This document shows, in pieces, positions 9,564 through 18,490 of a stretch of DNA of 64,000 nt. The stretch covers positions 2,507,429 through 2,571,428 of the forward strand of contig OZ240617.1 of the NCBI GenBank assembly GCA_965198365.1. The letters are read 5' to 3'. Each line of letters begins with the position of its first letter. Position 1 is the first letter of the stretch. Both the position numbers and the translations under genes were made by a program. Source of the DNA: Candidatus Aldehydirespiratoraceae bacterium. GTDB taxonomy: Bacteria > Actinomycetota > Acidimicrobiia > Acidimicrobiales > Aldehydirespiratoraceae. The notes under the pieces are model-generated. The model made no database searches. It had not been told where the DNA came from and saw nothing but the letters and a program-made list of their open reading frames with translations.

Positions 9564-10973
9564 ATGACGACACTGATCAAGGGAGGCACCGTGGTCGCCT
9601 CCACAGGCGCTGCTCCCGCCGAAGTGCTGATCGACGGGGAACAGGTGGCTGCTGTGCTGCAGCCTGGCAGCGACATCGCCACAGCAGCCGCAATAGGCGC
9701 TCACGTCATCGACGCAACCGGCAAACTAGTGGTGCCCGGTGGCGTGGACGTTCATACCCACATGGAGTTGCCTTTCGGAGGTACCGAAGCCTCCGACGAC
9801 TTCGAATCGGGCACTCGGGCCGCTGCCTGGGGCGGCACCACCACCATCGTCGACTTCGCGGTCCAGCGTTACGGCGAGGCCATCCGCGACAGCCTTGACG
9901 TGTGGATGGCCAAAGCCGAGGGCAACTGCGCGGTGGACTATGGCTTTCACATGATCGTCGGCGATGTCACCAACGACTCGCTCAAGGAGATGGACCTGCT
10001 CGTTGACGAGGGCATCACCAGCTTCAAGCTGTTCATGGCCTACCCCGGCGTGTTCTATTCAGACGACGGCCAGATCCTGCGAGCCATGCAACAGGCGGCA
10101 GGCAATGGCGGCCTCATCATGATGCATGCCGAAAACGGACTGGCCATCGACGTGTTGGCCGAGCAGGCTTTCGAGCGCGGCGACACCAGCCCGGTGAACC
10201 ACGGCTACGTGCGTCGCAAGGAACTGGAGTCTGAGGCCACCCATCGGGCCATTCAACTAGCGAAGGTGGGTGCTGCACCGCTCTACATTGTGCATCTGTC
10301 AGCGCGTGAGGCCCTTGAGCAGGTGGCCGTCGCCCGCGACCGCGACATGAACGTGTTTGCCGAAACTTGCCCCCAATACCTGTACTTCAGCTTGGAAGAA
10401 CACCTCGACCGGCCTGGTTTCGAGGGGGCCGCCTACGTCTGCTCCACACCGCTGCGGTCACACCACGAGCACCATCAACAAGAGCTGTGGAGGGGGCTGC
10501 GCAGCAATGACCTCGCCGTGGTGTCAACCGACCACTGCCCGTTCTGCATGAAGGAGCAGAAAGAACTGGGGCTGGATGACTTTCGCGCCATCCCCAATGG
10601 CATCGGTGGAGTCGAGCACCGCATGGACATGATCTACCAGGGAGTGGTCAGCGGCGAGATCGGTCTGGCCCGCTGGGTGGAACTGTGCGCCACCACACCG
10701 GCCCGCATGATGGGCCTGTATCCCCGTAAAGGCATCATCGCTGCTGGTTCTGACGCCGACATAGTGATCTATGACCCCAATAAGCAGTGGACAATCAGTG
10801 TTGACAACCACCACATGAACATGGATCACTCCGCCTATGAGGGAGTCGAGGTGACCGGCCATGTCGACACAGTGCTGGCGCGGGGCAAGGTGATCGTTGA
10901 CCACGGGCAGTATCTGGGGCGGGCCGGCGATGGTCGCTACCTTCCTCGCAGCCTCTGCCAGTACCTCCAGTAA
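9564..10973 (+). CDS. dihydropyrimidinase / D-hydantoinase
   Basis: MTTLIKGGTVV..., GGVDVHTHMELPFGG metal motif, ~470 aa. GGAGGAG RBS 5 nt before ATG 9564 (the track ORF starts at an upstream TTG, 9549). Confidence 0.9.
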   Translation: MTTLIKGGTVVASTGAAPAEVLIDGEQVAAVLQPGSDIATAAAIGAHVIDATGKLVVPGGVDVHTHMELPFGGTEASDDFESGTRAAAWGGTTTIVDFAVQRYGEAIRDSLDVWMAKAEGNCAVDYGFHMIVGDVTNDSLKEMDLLVDEGITSFKLFMAYPGVFYSDDGQILRAMQQAAGNGGLIMMHAENGLAIDVLAEQAFERGDTSPVNHGYVRRKELESEATHRAIQLAKVGAAPLYIVHLSAREALEQVAVARDRDMNVFAETCPQYLYFSLEEHLDRPGFEGAAYVCSTPLRSHHEHHQQELWRGLRSNDLAVVSTDHCPFCMKEQKELGLDDFRAIPNGIGGVEHRMDMIYQGVVSGEIGLARWVELCATTPARMMGLYPRKGIIAAGSDADIVIYDPNKQWTISVDNHHMNMDHSAYEGVEVTGHVDTVLARGKVIVDHGQYLGRAGDGRYLPRSLCQYLQ

Positions 10974-10995
10974 TCGTTCAAATCTGGGAGCATTC

Positions 10996-11997
10996 ATGGA
11001 CTTCGGTGTTGTTCTTCAAACTGATCCCCCCGCTTGGCGGGTTGTTGACCTAGCGCAGCGGGCTGAAACCTTGGGTTTCAACCACGGTTGGACGTTCGAC
11101 AGCCATGTGTTGTGGCAGGAGCCTTTCGTCATATACAGCCAGATGTTGTCGGCAACCAACAAGATGAAGGTGGGGCCGATGGTGACCAACCCCGGTACTC
11201 GCGACTGGACCGTCACCGCTTCGCTGTTTGCCACACTCAACGACATGTTCGGAAACCGCACGGTTTGCGGCATCGGCCGAGGCGATTCGGCTCTACGGGT
11301 AATCGGCAACAAACCCATCAATCTTGCGACTCTGGGAGAGTCGATGGGGGTGATCAAAGGTCTAGCCGAAGGACGAGAAGTCGAATACAACGGCACCATG
11401 GCGCACTTTCCTTGGTGCCGCGACAGCAAACTCGATGTCTGGATGGCGGCCTATGGACCCAAGGCGCTTCATCTCTGCGGCACTGTGGCCGACGGTTACA
11501 TCCTGCAGTTGGCCGATCCGCAGATCGCGGCTTGGACTATCGGGGCGGTCCGCGGAGCCGCTGCGGAGGCCGGTCGAGATCCCGACGATCTCTATATTTG
11601 CGTGGCTGCACCCGCCTACGTTGGCTCGGATCTGGACCATCAACGAAACCAGTGCCGCTGGTTTGGAGGGATGGTCGGCAACCATGTGGCCGATCTGGTC
11701 GGGCGCTATGGCGATATCAGCGACGCGGTTCCCTCGGCTTTGACCGACTACATCAAAGGCCGAGAGGGCTACGACTACGCAGAGCACGGCCGGTCCGGGG
11801 CAGTTCACACAGAATTTGTTCCCGACGCGGTGATCGACCGATTTTGCATACTCGGAGATGAGGAGAACCACATCAACCGCTTGCGTGAGTTGCGCGACCT
11901 CGGCGTTGATCAATTCGCCATCTATCTGATGCATGATCAACGCGATGAGACGTTGAACGCTTACGGCCAGCGGATCATCCCTGCTGTGAATGGCTGA
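10996..11997 (+). CDS. luciferase-like monooxygenase (LLM) family, F420-dependent-type oxidoreductase
   Basis: MDFGVVLQTDPP... typical LLM N-terminus. ATG 10996 preceded by GGGAG. The track ORF (10897) is an upstream extension overlapping the hydantoinase. Confidence 0.75.
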   Translation: MDFGVVLQTDPPAWRVVDLAQRAETLGFNHGWTFDSHVLWQEPFVIYSQMLSATNKMKVGPMVTNPGTRDWTVTASLFATLNDMFGNRTVCGIGRGDSALRVIGNKPINLATLGESMGVIKGLAEGREVEYNGTMAHFPWCRDSKLDVWMAAYGPKALHLCGTVADGYILQLADPQIAAWTIGAVRGAAAEAGRDPDDLYICVAAPAYVGSDLDHQRNQCRWFGGMVGNHVADLVGRYGDISDAVPSALTDYIKGREGYDYAEHGRSGAVHTEFVPDAVIDRFCILGDEENHINRLRELRDLGVDQFAIYLMHDQRDETLNAYGQRIIPAVNG

Positions 11998-12005
11998 ACG
12001 GCGAC

Positions 12006-12902
12006 ATGGGTTTGAAGCGGCTGCGGGGATCTCTCCGTCAGGTGATCGTGTTCAGCCTCTTTGTCATTCTGCTGATGGCGGGATACTCCGCATACAAAGG
12101 GTTCGGGCAGTCGATCGATGATGCCCAAACCGACTGGCCTGTCATCGGTTCGATCCTGCCTCGCACAGATGACCTGACGATGCCCTCGGTGTTCGAGATA
12201 ATTTCAGGTGTCTTCGCTGAGCCGCGAGGACTCGACGAAACCTTCGGCTCGATCGTGCTGGGTGAGGCAGCCTTCACGCTGCGTGAGGCGGCTGTTGGGT
12301 TTTCTGTCGGCGTGATCGTCGGCTTGTCCATCGCTATCGTCTTGTCATCGTCGCAGTTGCTGGAGCGGGCGCTTGTGCCCCATGTGATCGCCAGTCAAAC
12401 CATCCCCTTGATCGCCATCGCCCCGATTGTGGTGATCTGGGGACGCAAGAACCTGGATTTCTTGCCCTGGGAATGGCACGACTGGATGTCCGTTTCGCTC
12501 ATCGCCACGTATCTCACGTTTTTTCCGGTGGCGATCAATGGTCTTCGAGGGCTCCATTCTCCGTCATCTGAGGCTCTTGAACTCATGGATTCCTACGCGG
12601 CTCGAAGGAGGCAGACGCTTTGGCGCCTGCGGCTCCCGGCGTCGTTGCCTTATCTGTTCTCGGCGTTCAAGATCGCCGCGACAGCCAGCGTCGTGGGTGC
12701 GATCGTCGGGGAAATATCGGCTGGCGTAACCGGCGGTCTGGGCCGCCGGATCCTGCTGGAGGCGCAGCGCTACACGACCGGCCCAGAGCGTCTGTATGTA
12801 GCGGTGCTGGGTGCGGCAGCTCTGGGGATATTCGTCTTCCTGAGCATCTCACTGCTCGAATATTCGCTGGTGCGCCGAAAAGGAACGGAGGCAATTCTGT
12901 GA
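12006..12902 (+). CDS. ABC transporter permease (NitT/TauT-type)
   Basis: 298 aa, multi-TM. EAA-like loop (MDSYAARRRQTLWRLRLPASLPYLFSAFKIA). Confidence 0.85.
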   Translation: MGLKRLRGSLRQVIVFSLFVILLMAGYSAYKGFGQSIDDAQTDWPVIGSILPRTDDLTMPSVFEIISGVFAEPRGLDETFGSIVLGEAAFTLREAAVGFSVGVIVGLSIAIVLSSSQLLERALVPHVIASQTIPLIAIAPIVVIWGRKNLDFLPWEWHDWMSVSLIATYLTFFPVAINGLRGLHSPSSEALELMDSYAARRRQTLWRLRLPASLPYLFSAFKIAATASVVGAIVGEISAGVTGGLGRRILLEAQRYTTGPERLYVAVLGAAALGIFVFLSISLLEYSLVRRKGTEAIL

Positions 12903-13678
12903 CCGCTGAGGTGACACCCGCAGTTGAGATCCGCGGCGCGACCAAGGTTTTCAATCCCGGGGGAACCAACGAAGTGCTGGCCTTGGACAACATCGACCTG
13001 AGCGTTGACGCCGGTGATTTCGTCACTCTCATCGGCCCGTCAGGATGCGGCAAAAGCACTCTGCTGCGCCTTGTCGCCGCTCTTGTCGACAGCACTGCGG
13101 GAACCGTGCTCGTCAATGGCAAAACTGCCGATCAAGCGCGGCTTGACCGGGACTATTCGATGGTTTTTCAAAAAGCGGGCTTGTTCGACTGGCGTGATGT
13201 CTCACGCAATATTGAACTTCCTCTGGAGTTGATGGGGTGGAAGGCGGCGGACCGACGTCGCCGCTCTAAAGAGATGCTGGATTTGGTGAAGCTCGTCGAC
13301 TTCGCCCATCACCACCCTCTAGAGCTTTCAGGAGGAATGGCGCAGCGAGTGGCCATCGCCCGGGCCATGTCGTTTGCGCCCGCGCTGTTGCTGATGGACG
13401 AGCCGTTCGGCGCTCTTGACGAAATGACTCGCGAGCACATGCAAAATGAGTTGTTGCGAATCTGGTCGGAGACCGAAACCACGGTGATATTCGTGACTCA
13501 TTCCATTTCTGAAGCCGTTTTTTTGTCAACCAAAGTAGTGGTGATGTCGCCGAGGCCCGGACGCATCGCCGCAGTGATCGACAACGATCTCGGTGTGCGA
13601 GACGATTCGGCGCGCGACACAGCGGCGTTCTTCGCCAACGTCAGCGCGGTGCGCAGAGTTCTCCGAGCGGGCGAGTAG
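12899..13678 (+). CDS. ABC transporter ATP-binding protein
   Basis: GTGA overlap with the permease stop. Walker A GPSGCGKST, signature LSGGMAQR, Walker B LLLMDEPF. The track ORF start at 12620 is an out-of-gene extension. Confidence 0.9.
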   Translation: MTAEVTPAVEIRGATKVFNPGGTNEVLALDNIDLSVDAGDFVTLIGPSGCGKSTLLRLVAALVDSTAGTVLVNGKTADQARLDRDYSMVFQKAGLFDWRDVSRNIELPLELMGWKAADRRRRSKEMLDLVKLVDFAHHHPLELSGGMAQRVAIARAMSFAPALLLMDEPFGALDEMTREHMQNELLRIWSETETTVIFVTHSISEAVFLSTKVVVMSPRPGRIAAVIDNDLGVRDDSARDTAAFFANVSAVRRVLRAGE

Positions 13679-13680
13679 CA

Positions 13681-14448
13681 ATGAAGCGGTTGCATCAGCT
13701 CTTGCCGCCCATTGTGGCCGCGGTCATCGGATTCGGCGGTTGGGAGTTGCTCTTGAGGCTGACCCAACCCGACGGCTTTGTTCTTCCTGCACCTTCCAAG
13801 ATCGCAGAAGCCATTATCGAGAATTCTGAGGCGATTCAGACGGGAACCAGAGTCACCGGGTTCATTGTCGTCAGCGGTTTGCTGGCTGGTGTGTTTTTCG
13901 GCATCGCCGCGGCTTTGCTGGTAACAGCATTTCGGACCGCCAACGAGACTCTCACTCCCTTGGCCGTCGCTGTGAACGCTGTGCCGATCGTCGCGCTGGC
14001 ACCGATATTCAATGCTTGGTTCGGGCTGTTGTCTCCTCGTTCAAACCAAGCCGTTGTCGTCGCCCTAGTCTTCTTTCCGATCTTCATCAATACATCGCGC
14101 GGACTCGTCGAGGTCGAGTCCAGCCAGATCGAGTTGATGGAATCCTACGGTGCTCCCAAATGGCGGATCATCCGAGAGGTGCGTATCCCCAACGCCATGC
14201 CGTACTTTTTCACGGCGCTGAAGTTGGCCACTTCTTTGGCTGTCATCGCGGCGATCGTCGCCGAGTACTTCGGTGGGCGTCAGGACGCTCTCGGCAATAT
14301 CATCACCAATTCCGCGGGGTTGACCCGCTACGCGGATGCTTGGGCCGCGGTTCTGGCCGGCTCACTAATGGGTATCGGACTCTACGGCCTGGCCGTTTTG
14401 CTGGAACGAATTGCCATGCCGTGGTATTTTCTCGGGCGAAGAACCTAA
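13681..14448 (+). CDS. ABC transporter permease (second subunit)
   Basis: 255 aa, multi-TM. MESYGAPKWRIIREVRIPNAMPYFFTALKLA loop. Confidence 0.85.
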   Translation: MKRLHQLLPPIVAAVIGFGGWELLLRLTQPDGFVLPAPSKIAEAIIENSEAIQTGTRVTGFIVVSGLLAGVFFGIAAALLVTAFRTANETLTPLAVAVNAVPIVALAPIFNAWFGLLSPRSNQAVVVALVFFPIFINTSRGLVEVESSQIELMESYGAPKWRIIREVRIPNAMPYFFTALKLATSLAVIAAIVAEYFGGRQDALGNIITNSAGLTRYADAWAAVLAGSLMGIGLYGLAVLLERIAMPWYFLGRRT

Positions 14449-14527
14449 AGATCCGGGTCACTACCTTCGCGCTGGTCGCGTCTGTCCGATCTGAGTCTTC
14501 AACTAGTACCAAACCTTGGAGGGAATC

Positions 14528-15715
14528 ATGAAGGTACACCACCTATTGACGCGGGTCTTGGTGCCGCTACTGGCACTGAGCCTGCTTGCGGCAGCTTGCG
14601 GCGACGACGACGAAGCTGAACCAGATCCAGAACCTGCGCCTGAAGCTACTGATGGCGATGACGCAGCCGAACCCGAACCAGCCGAACCCGAACCAGCCGA
14701 ACTGACAGAGGTCACGTTGCAGTTGCAGTGGTTCACACAGGCTCAGTTCGCGGGTTATTACGCTGCCCGTGATCTCGGTTTCTACAACGACGTCGGGCTT
14801 GATGTCACGATTCTTGAAGGAGGAGTCGACATCGTTCCCGCCTCAGTGCTGGATTCTGGTGCTGCTGACTTTGCCGTCTCCTGGGTGCCACGAGGTTTGG
14901 TGCCACGCGAAGAAGGCGCCAACATAACCAACATTGCCCAGGTATTCCAGCGAAGTGCCACGTTGCAAGTGTCTTTCGCTGGTTCGGGGATCAACTCGGT
15001 GAGCGACCTGGCAGGAAGGACGGTAGGCAACTGGGGATTCGGCAACGAGTTCGAGTTGCTGGCCGGGCTTCGCAAGAACGGTCTCGATCCACAATCTGAT
15101 GTGACACTCGTTCAACAGAACTTCGACATGCTGGCGCTTATCAGCGGCGACATCGACGCTGCACAAGCCATGATCTACAACGAATACGCCCAGGTGTTGG
15201 AGACGATCAACCCCGACACGGGCGAGCTTTATCAGCCCGAGGACCTGAACATCATCAACTGGAACGATGAAGGTACGGCCATGCTCCAAGACGCCTTGTG
15301 GGCCGACGCCGATCGATTGGAGAGCGATGCCGACTACCGCGACGTGGCGGTGCGGTTCGTGGAGGCTTCAATTCGCGGCTGGGCACATTGCCGAGACAAC
15401 TCCGACGCCTGCGTCGAGGTCGTGCTCAACAACGTGCCCACTCTGGGCGAATCGCATCAGGCGTGGCAGCTCAACGAGATCAGTTCTCTGATTTGGCCTT
15501 CTCCGCTCGGTGCGGGCGTGATGGACCCGGACTTGTGGACCCAAACAGTTGACGTTGCTACCGGCGAGAGCATTCTCTCTGCGGCTCCCGATGATGGCGC
15601 CTATCGCACCGACATCGCCGAAGAGGCGCTAGCGAACCTACGCGATCAAGGCATCGATGTGATCGGCTCCGGCTTCGAACGCGTCGTAGTCGAACTTCGA
15701 GAAGGCGGCGAGTAG
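14528..15715 (+). CDS. ABC transporter substrate-binding lipoprotein (NMT1/THI5-like)
   Basis: GGAGGG RBS then ATG 14528. Signal peptide with lipobox LLAAAC and an acidic PE-rich linker. LQLQWFTQAQFAGYY is typical of NMT1-like SBPs. Confidence 0.8.
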   Translation: MKVHHLLTRVLVPLLALSLLAAACGDDDEAEPDPEPAPEATDGDDAAEPEPAEPEPAELTEVTLQLQWFTQAQFAGYYAARDLGFYNDVGLDVTILEGGVDIVPASVLDSGAADFAVSWVPRGLVPREEGANITNIAQVFQRSATLQVSFAGSGINSVSDLAGRTVGNWGFGNEFELLAGLRKNGLDPQSDVTLVQQNFDMLALISGDIDAAQAMIYNEYAQVLETINPDTGELYQPEDLNIINWNDEGTAMLQDALWADADRLESDADYRDVAVRFVEASIRGWAHCRDNSDACVEVVLNNVPTLGESHQAWQLNEISSLIWPSPLGAGVMDPDLWTQTVDVATGESILSAAPDDGAYRTDIAEEALANLRDQGIDVIGSGFERVVVELREGGE

Positions 15716-15740
15716 CGCAGCCTCGAAACTCTCGGATCTG

Positions 15741-16121
15741 CTACTGAGGATCGGACTGGTAGACGCCCAATATGTTGCCGCTCGGGTCCATGAAGTGGAA
15801 CCGCCGTCCGCCGGGGTAGGGGTAGATGGGCGAGATGATCTCCCCTCCCTCGGCAACAACTTCAGCTTGTTTGGCTTCGACATCTTCGGTGCTGATCAGC
15901 ACGAACGGACCAATCGGGTCTTCTGCTCCCGGCGCATGCGCCGGAGCCGGAGTCCCCGCGCCATTGAGTCCAACCTCTACTGAGCCGCCTTCGTAGGCTG
16001 CGTAAGTGGGACCGTACTCTGTCCAGTCCCAACCGAACACACGGCTGAAAAACCGCTTGGTCTGCTCCATTTCCGGCGCAGGAAGTTCGACATAACTGAT
16101 CTGGAGTCCTTGGTTCACCAT
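15741..16121 (-). CDS. VOC (glyoxalase/bleomycin-resistance fold) family protein
   Basis: 126 aa. FFSRVFGWDW...GRRFHFMDPSGNILGV pattern typical of VOC proteins. Confidence 0.75.
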   Translation of the reverse strand: MVNQGLQISYVELPAPEMEQTKRFFSRVFGWDWTEYGPTYAAYEGGSVEVGLNGAGTPAPAHAPGAEDPIGPFVLISTEDVEAKQAEVVAEGGEIISPIYPYPGGRRFHFMDPSGNILGVYQSDPQ

Positions 16122-16256
16122 CCCCCGACTCTACCGAGGCTCACTCCCAGACAAGCCAGAGGCGCAACTCCGGCAACACCGGGCACACCCCGCAACAACC
16201 CAACACGGCTCGGGCTGCGCCCGGCTACGCCCAGCCGCATCCCGGCAACAACACAA

Positions 16257-16279
16257 CGCGGCTCCGGCTACGCCCGGCG
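16257..16279 (-). repeat. isolated inverted copy (23/23) of the 23-nt core repeat that forms the array at 18491-18728
   Basis: CGCGGCTCCGGCTACGCCCGGCG is the exact reverse complement of CGCCGGGCGTAGCCGGAGCCGCG. A degenerate partial copy (CCGGCTACGCCC) lies at 16221-16232. Confidence 0.8.
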
Positions 16280-16293
16280 AATACACAGCAACG

Positions 16294-16367
16294 CACCTCC
16301 GACAGGACTCGAACCTGCAACCTGCGAGGTAGAAGCTCGCTGCTCTATCCAGTTGAGCTACGGAGGC
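16294..16367 (-). tRNA. tRNA-Arg (anticodon TCT)
   Basis: Hand-folded: GCCTCCG TA GCTC AACTGGATA GAGC A GCGAG CTTCTAC CTCGC AGGTT GCAGG TTCGAGT CCTGT CGGAGGT G. Cloverleaf intact. No encoded CCA. Confidence 0.9.
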
Positions 16368-16452
16368 AGATTAATCGTACGCCGAGTGCCGCAACTCGGT
16401 ACACTCATTGCCTGACCGCGGTCCGGGCTAGCGCCAAGAGCGGGGTCGGCAT

Positions 16453-16527
16453 GGTGGGCGTAGCTCAGTTGGTTAGAGCGCCTGGTTGTGGTCCAGGAGG
16501 TCGGGGGTTCGAGTCCCCTCGTTCACC
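16453..16527 (+). tRNA. tRNA-His (anticodon GTG)
   Basis: G(-1)GTGGGCG TA GCTC AGTTGGTTA GAGC G CCTGG TTGTGGT CCAGG AGGTC GGGGG TTCGAGT CCCCT CGTTCAC C. The extra 5' G is typical of tRNA-His. Confidence 0.9.
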
Positions 16528-16553
16528 CGTAGAATCGCCTTCGGTTGATTCGC

Positions 16554-16630
16554 GCACCTCTAGCTCAATTTGGTAGAGCAACGGACTCTTAATCCGCAGG
16601 TTCTGGGTTCGAGTCCCAGGGGGTGTACCA
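16554..16630 (+). tRNA. tRNA-Lys (anticodon CTT), CCA encoded
   Basis: GCACCTC TA GCTC AATTTGGTA GAGC A ACGGA CTCTTAA TCCGC AGGTT CTGGG TTCGAGT CCCAG GGGGTGT A CCA. Confidence 0.9.
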
Positions 16631-16654
16631 ACATGGGTCAACCAGCAGAGCGCG

Positions 16655-17569
16655 TCAGGTGCCTGCGGTTGGGAGTTGTTGTTGCACCGTGACGGTGTCG
16701 GCGAACAGATCGCCGAACTCCTCGATTCGATCGAGCACCTCAGTTGCTTCGAAGATGAGTGGTTCGCCGGCGGCGCCGTCGGCAACCTCGTCCCAACTCA
16801 ACGGGGTCGACACGGTCGGCCGGTCTCTGCCGCGCAGCGAATACGGGGCAATCGTCGTCTTATGTCGTGAGTTCTGGCTCCAGTCAACAAAGATCTTTCC
16901 GGCACGGCGTTTGCGGTTCATGTTGGACAACACCAACTCCGGAAAGTTCTGTTCAAGTAGCTGCGCTACAGCCAGCGCAAAATCAGAAGCATCGGTATGC
17001 GTGTGCGGCGAATTGAGCGGCACATATAGCTGTAAACCCTTGTTGCCAGACGTCTTGGCACACGATGCCAAACCAACGCTCTCCAACACCGCCTGGATTG
17101 CCAGCGCTACCCGGCAACATTCGATAATCGTCGCCGGATCACCCGGATCGAGATCAAACACAACCATTGAAGGTGAATCGATCTCGCCGCATCGGGCCAT
17201 CGGTGAATGAATCTCAAGCGCGGCAAGGTTCGCTGTCCATGCCAGTGCTGCGACTGAGTCCAACCGGCAATAGTCGATGCCACCTCGACGGTCGCCGGGG
17301 CCTACACAGGTACCTACCCAACCGGGCCGATGAGACGGACAGCGTTTCTCAAAAAAGGACTCTGCAGTGACCCCGTCGGGCCATCGTCGCAGAGTGATCC
17401 CACGATCCTCGATATGCGGCAACATCACCGGAGCGACCCGGACGTAGTAGTCGATCACCTGGGCCTTGGTAAACCCGACCAGCGGATACAGCACCTTTTC
17501 GAGATTGCTGACCGATAGACGGTGGCCGTCAACGGTGACCTGAACACGCTCGGTCTCAGCCATCGGCAA
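16655..17569 (-). CDS. ligD: NHEJ DNA polymerase/primase domain protein (stand-alone LigD PolDom)
   Basis: 304 aa. VTVDGHRLSVSNLEKVLYP...TKAQVIDYY...RWPDGV and FDLDP motifs of the LigD polymerase domain. No ligase or phosphoesterase domain in this ORF. Confidence 0.85.
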   Translation of the reverse strand: MPMAETERVQVTVDGHRLSVSNLEKVLYPLVGFTKAQVIDYYVRVAPVMLPHIEDRGITLRRWPDGVTAESFFEKRCPSHRPGWVGTCVGPGDRRGGIDYCRLDSVAALAWTANLAALEIHSPMARCGEIDSPSMVVFDLDPGDPATIIECCRVALAIQAVLESVGLASCAKTSGNKGLQLYVPLNSPHTHTDASDFALAVAQLLEQNFPELVLSNMNRKRRAGKIFVDWSQNSRHKTTIAPYSLRGRDRPTVSTPLSWDEVADGAAGEPLIFEATEVLDRIEEFGDLFADTVTVQQQLPTAGT

Positions 17570-17572
17570 AGC

Positions 17573-18460
17573 TCACGCCGAACGTTCAGACGGCTCGTCC
17601 TGCTCCGCTTTTCTGCTAGCGGGAGCCTTGGCCCCGGCAGATTTCCCGCTCGCGGACGGGTGGCGCGTGCGAGCTTTCTTGGCCTCCTTCACCGACGCCT
17701 CAAGAGCAGCCATCAGGTCAATGACCTTGTCGGAAGAGGGTGCCGGCGCTCGCATCAAATCGTCGCTGCCCTCCCCTGCCGCTTTTCGCTCAATCAACTC
17801 GAGCACCGCTTCTCGGTACGTGTCGCTGTGGCGAGTCGGATCAAAGGTCGTGTTCAGCGTGGCAATCAAATGCTCAGCCATTGCCTGTTCCCGCTCGTCA
17901 ATCTCAATATCGGCCAGCAGATCAAAGCCGCTGATCTCAGAATGGTCGACGATTTCGTCGTGATAAACCATCGTCGACAGCAACAGCCGACCATCAACAG
18001 GACGCACCGCTCCCAAATACCGCTTAGAACGCATCACGAAATGGCAAATGCCTACCTTTTCGGCCTCTTCCATGGCATTCGCCAAGAGCTTGTAGGGCTT
18101 TGACGCCTGATCACCGGGGACCAAGTAGTAGGCGTTGTCATAAAAAATCGGGTCAATGTCAGCCAGATCGATGAATTCATCTATGTCGATCGTGCGTGCC
18201 ATATCGGGGTCGAGCGCGGCCATCTCTTCTTCAGACACCGTCACATAGTCGCCACCGTCAAGAGCGAACCCTTTCACTATCCGTTCCTTGGGCACCTCTT
18301 CGCCGTCGGCCGAAGAAACCAATTTCTGCTTGAGTCGCGCCCCACTAGCTGAATCGATCTGATTGAACCGGACCGTCTTGCGCCGGACCGCTGCGAACAG
18401 ACGCACCGGAATGTTGACTAGTCCGAAGCTGATGCTTCCGCTCCAAATCGCTCTGGGCAC
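17573..18460 (-). CDS. ku: Ku protein (NHEJ DNA end-binding)
   Basis: MPRAIWSGSISFGLVNIPVRLFAAV canonical Ku N-terminus. 295 aa with a basic C-terminal tail. Confidence 0.95.
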   Translation of the reverse strand: MPRAIWSGSISFGLVNIPVRLFAAVRRKTVRFNQIDSASGARLKQKLVSSADGEEVPKERIVKGFALDGGDYVTVSEEEMAALDPDMARTIDIDEFIDLADIDPIFYDNAYYLVPGDQASKPYKLLANAMEEAEKVGICHFVMRSKRYLGAVRPVDGRLLLSTMVYHDEIVDHSEISGFDLLADIEIDEREQAMAEHLIATLNTTFDPTRHSDTYREAVLELIERKAAGEGSDDLMRAPAPSSDKVIDLMAALEASVKEAKKARTRHPSASGKSAGAKAPASRKAEQDEPSERSA

Positions 18461-18490
18461 GTCAACGAGTGTAGTTGACGGTGTTGCATT

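Noticed and set aside
16110-16415. 101-aa plus-strand ORF spanning the repeat copy and tRNA-Arg
   Set aside because: It runs through a tRNA gene and GC-rich repeat DNA, and its Pro/Arg/Thr-rich translation is not credible as a protein.
16630-16660. Integrase / genomic-island insertion at the tRNA-Lys 3' end
   Set aside because: The gene immediately after tRNA-Lys is the LigD polymerase domain. There is no integrase, no excisionase and no direct repeat of the tRNA 3' end in the window.
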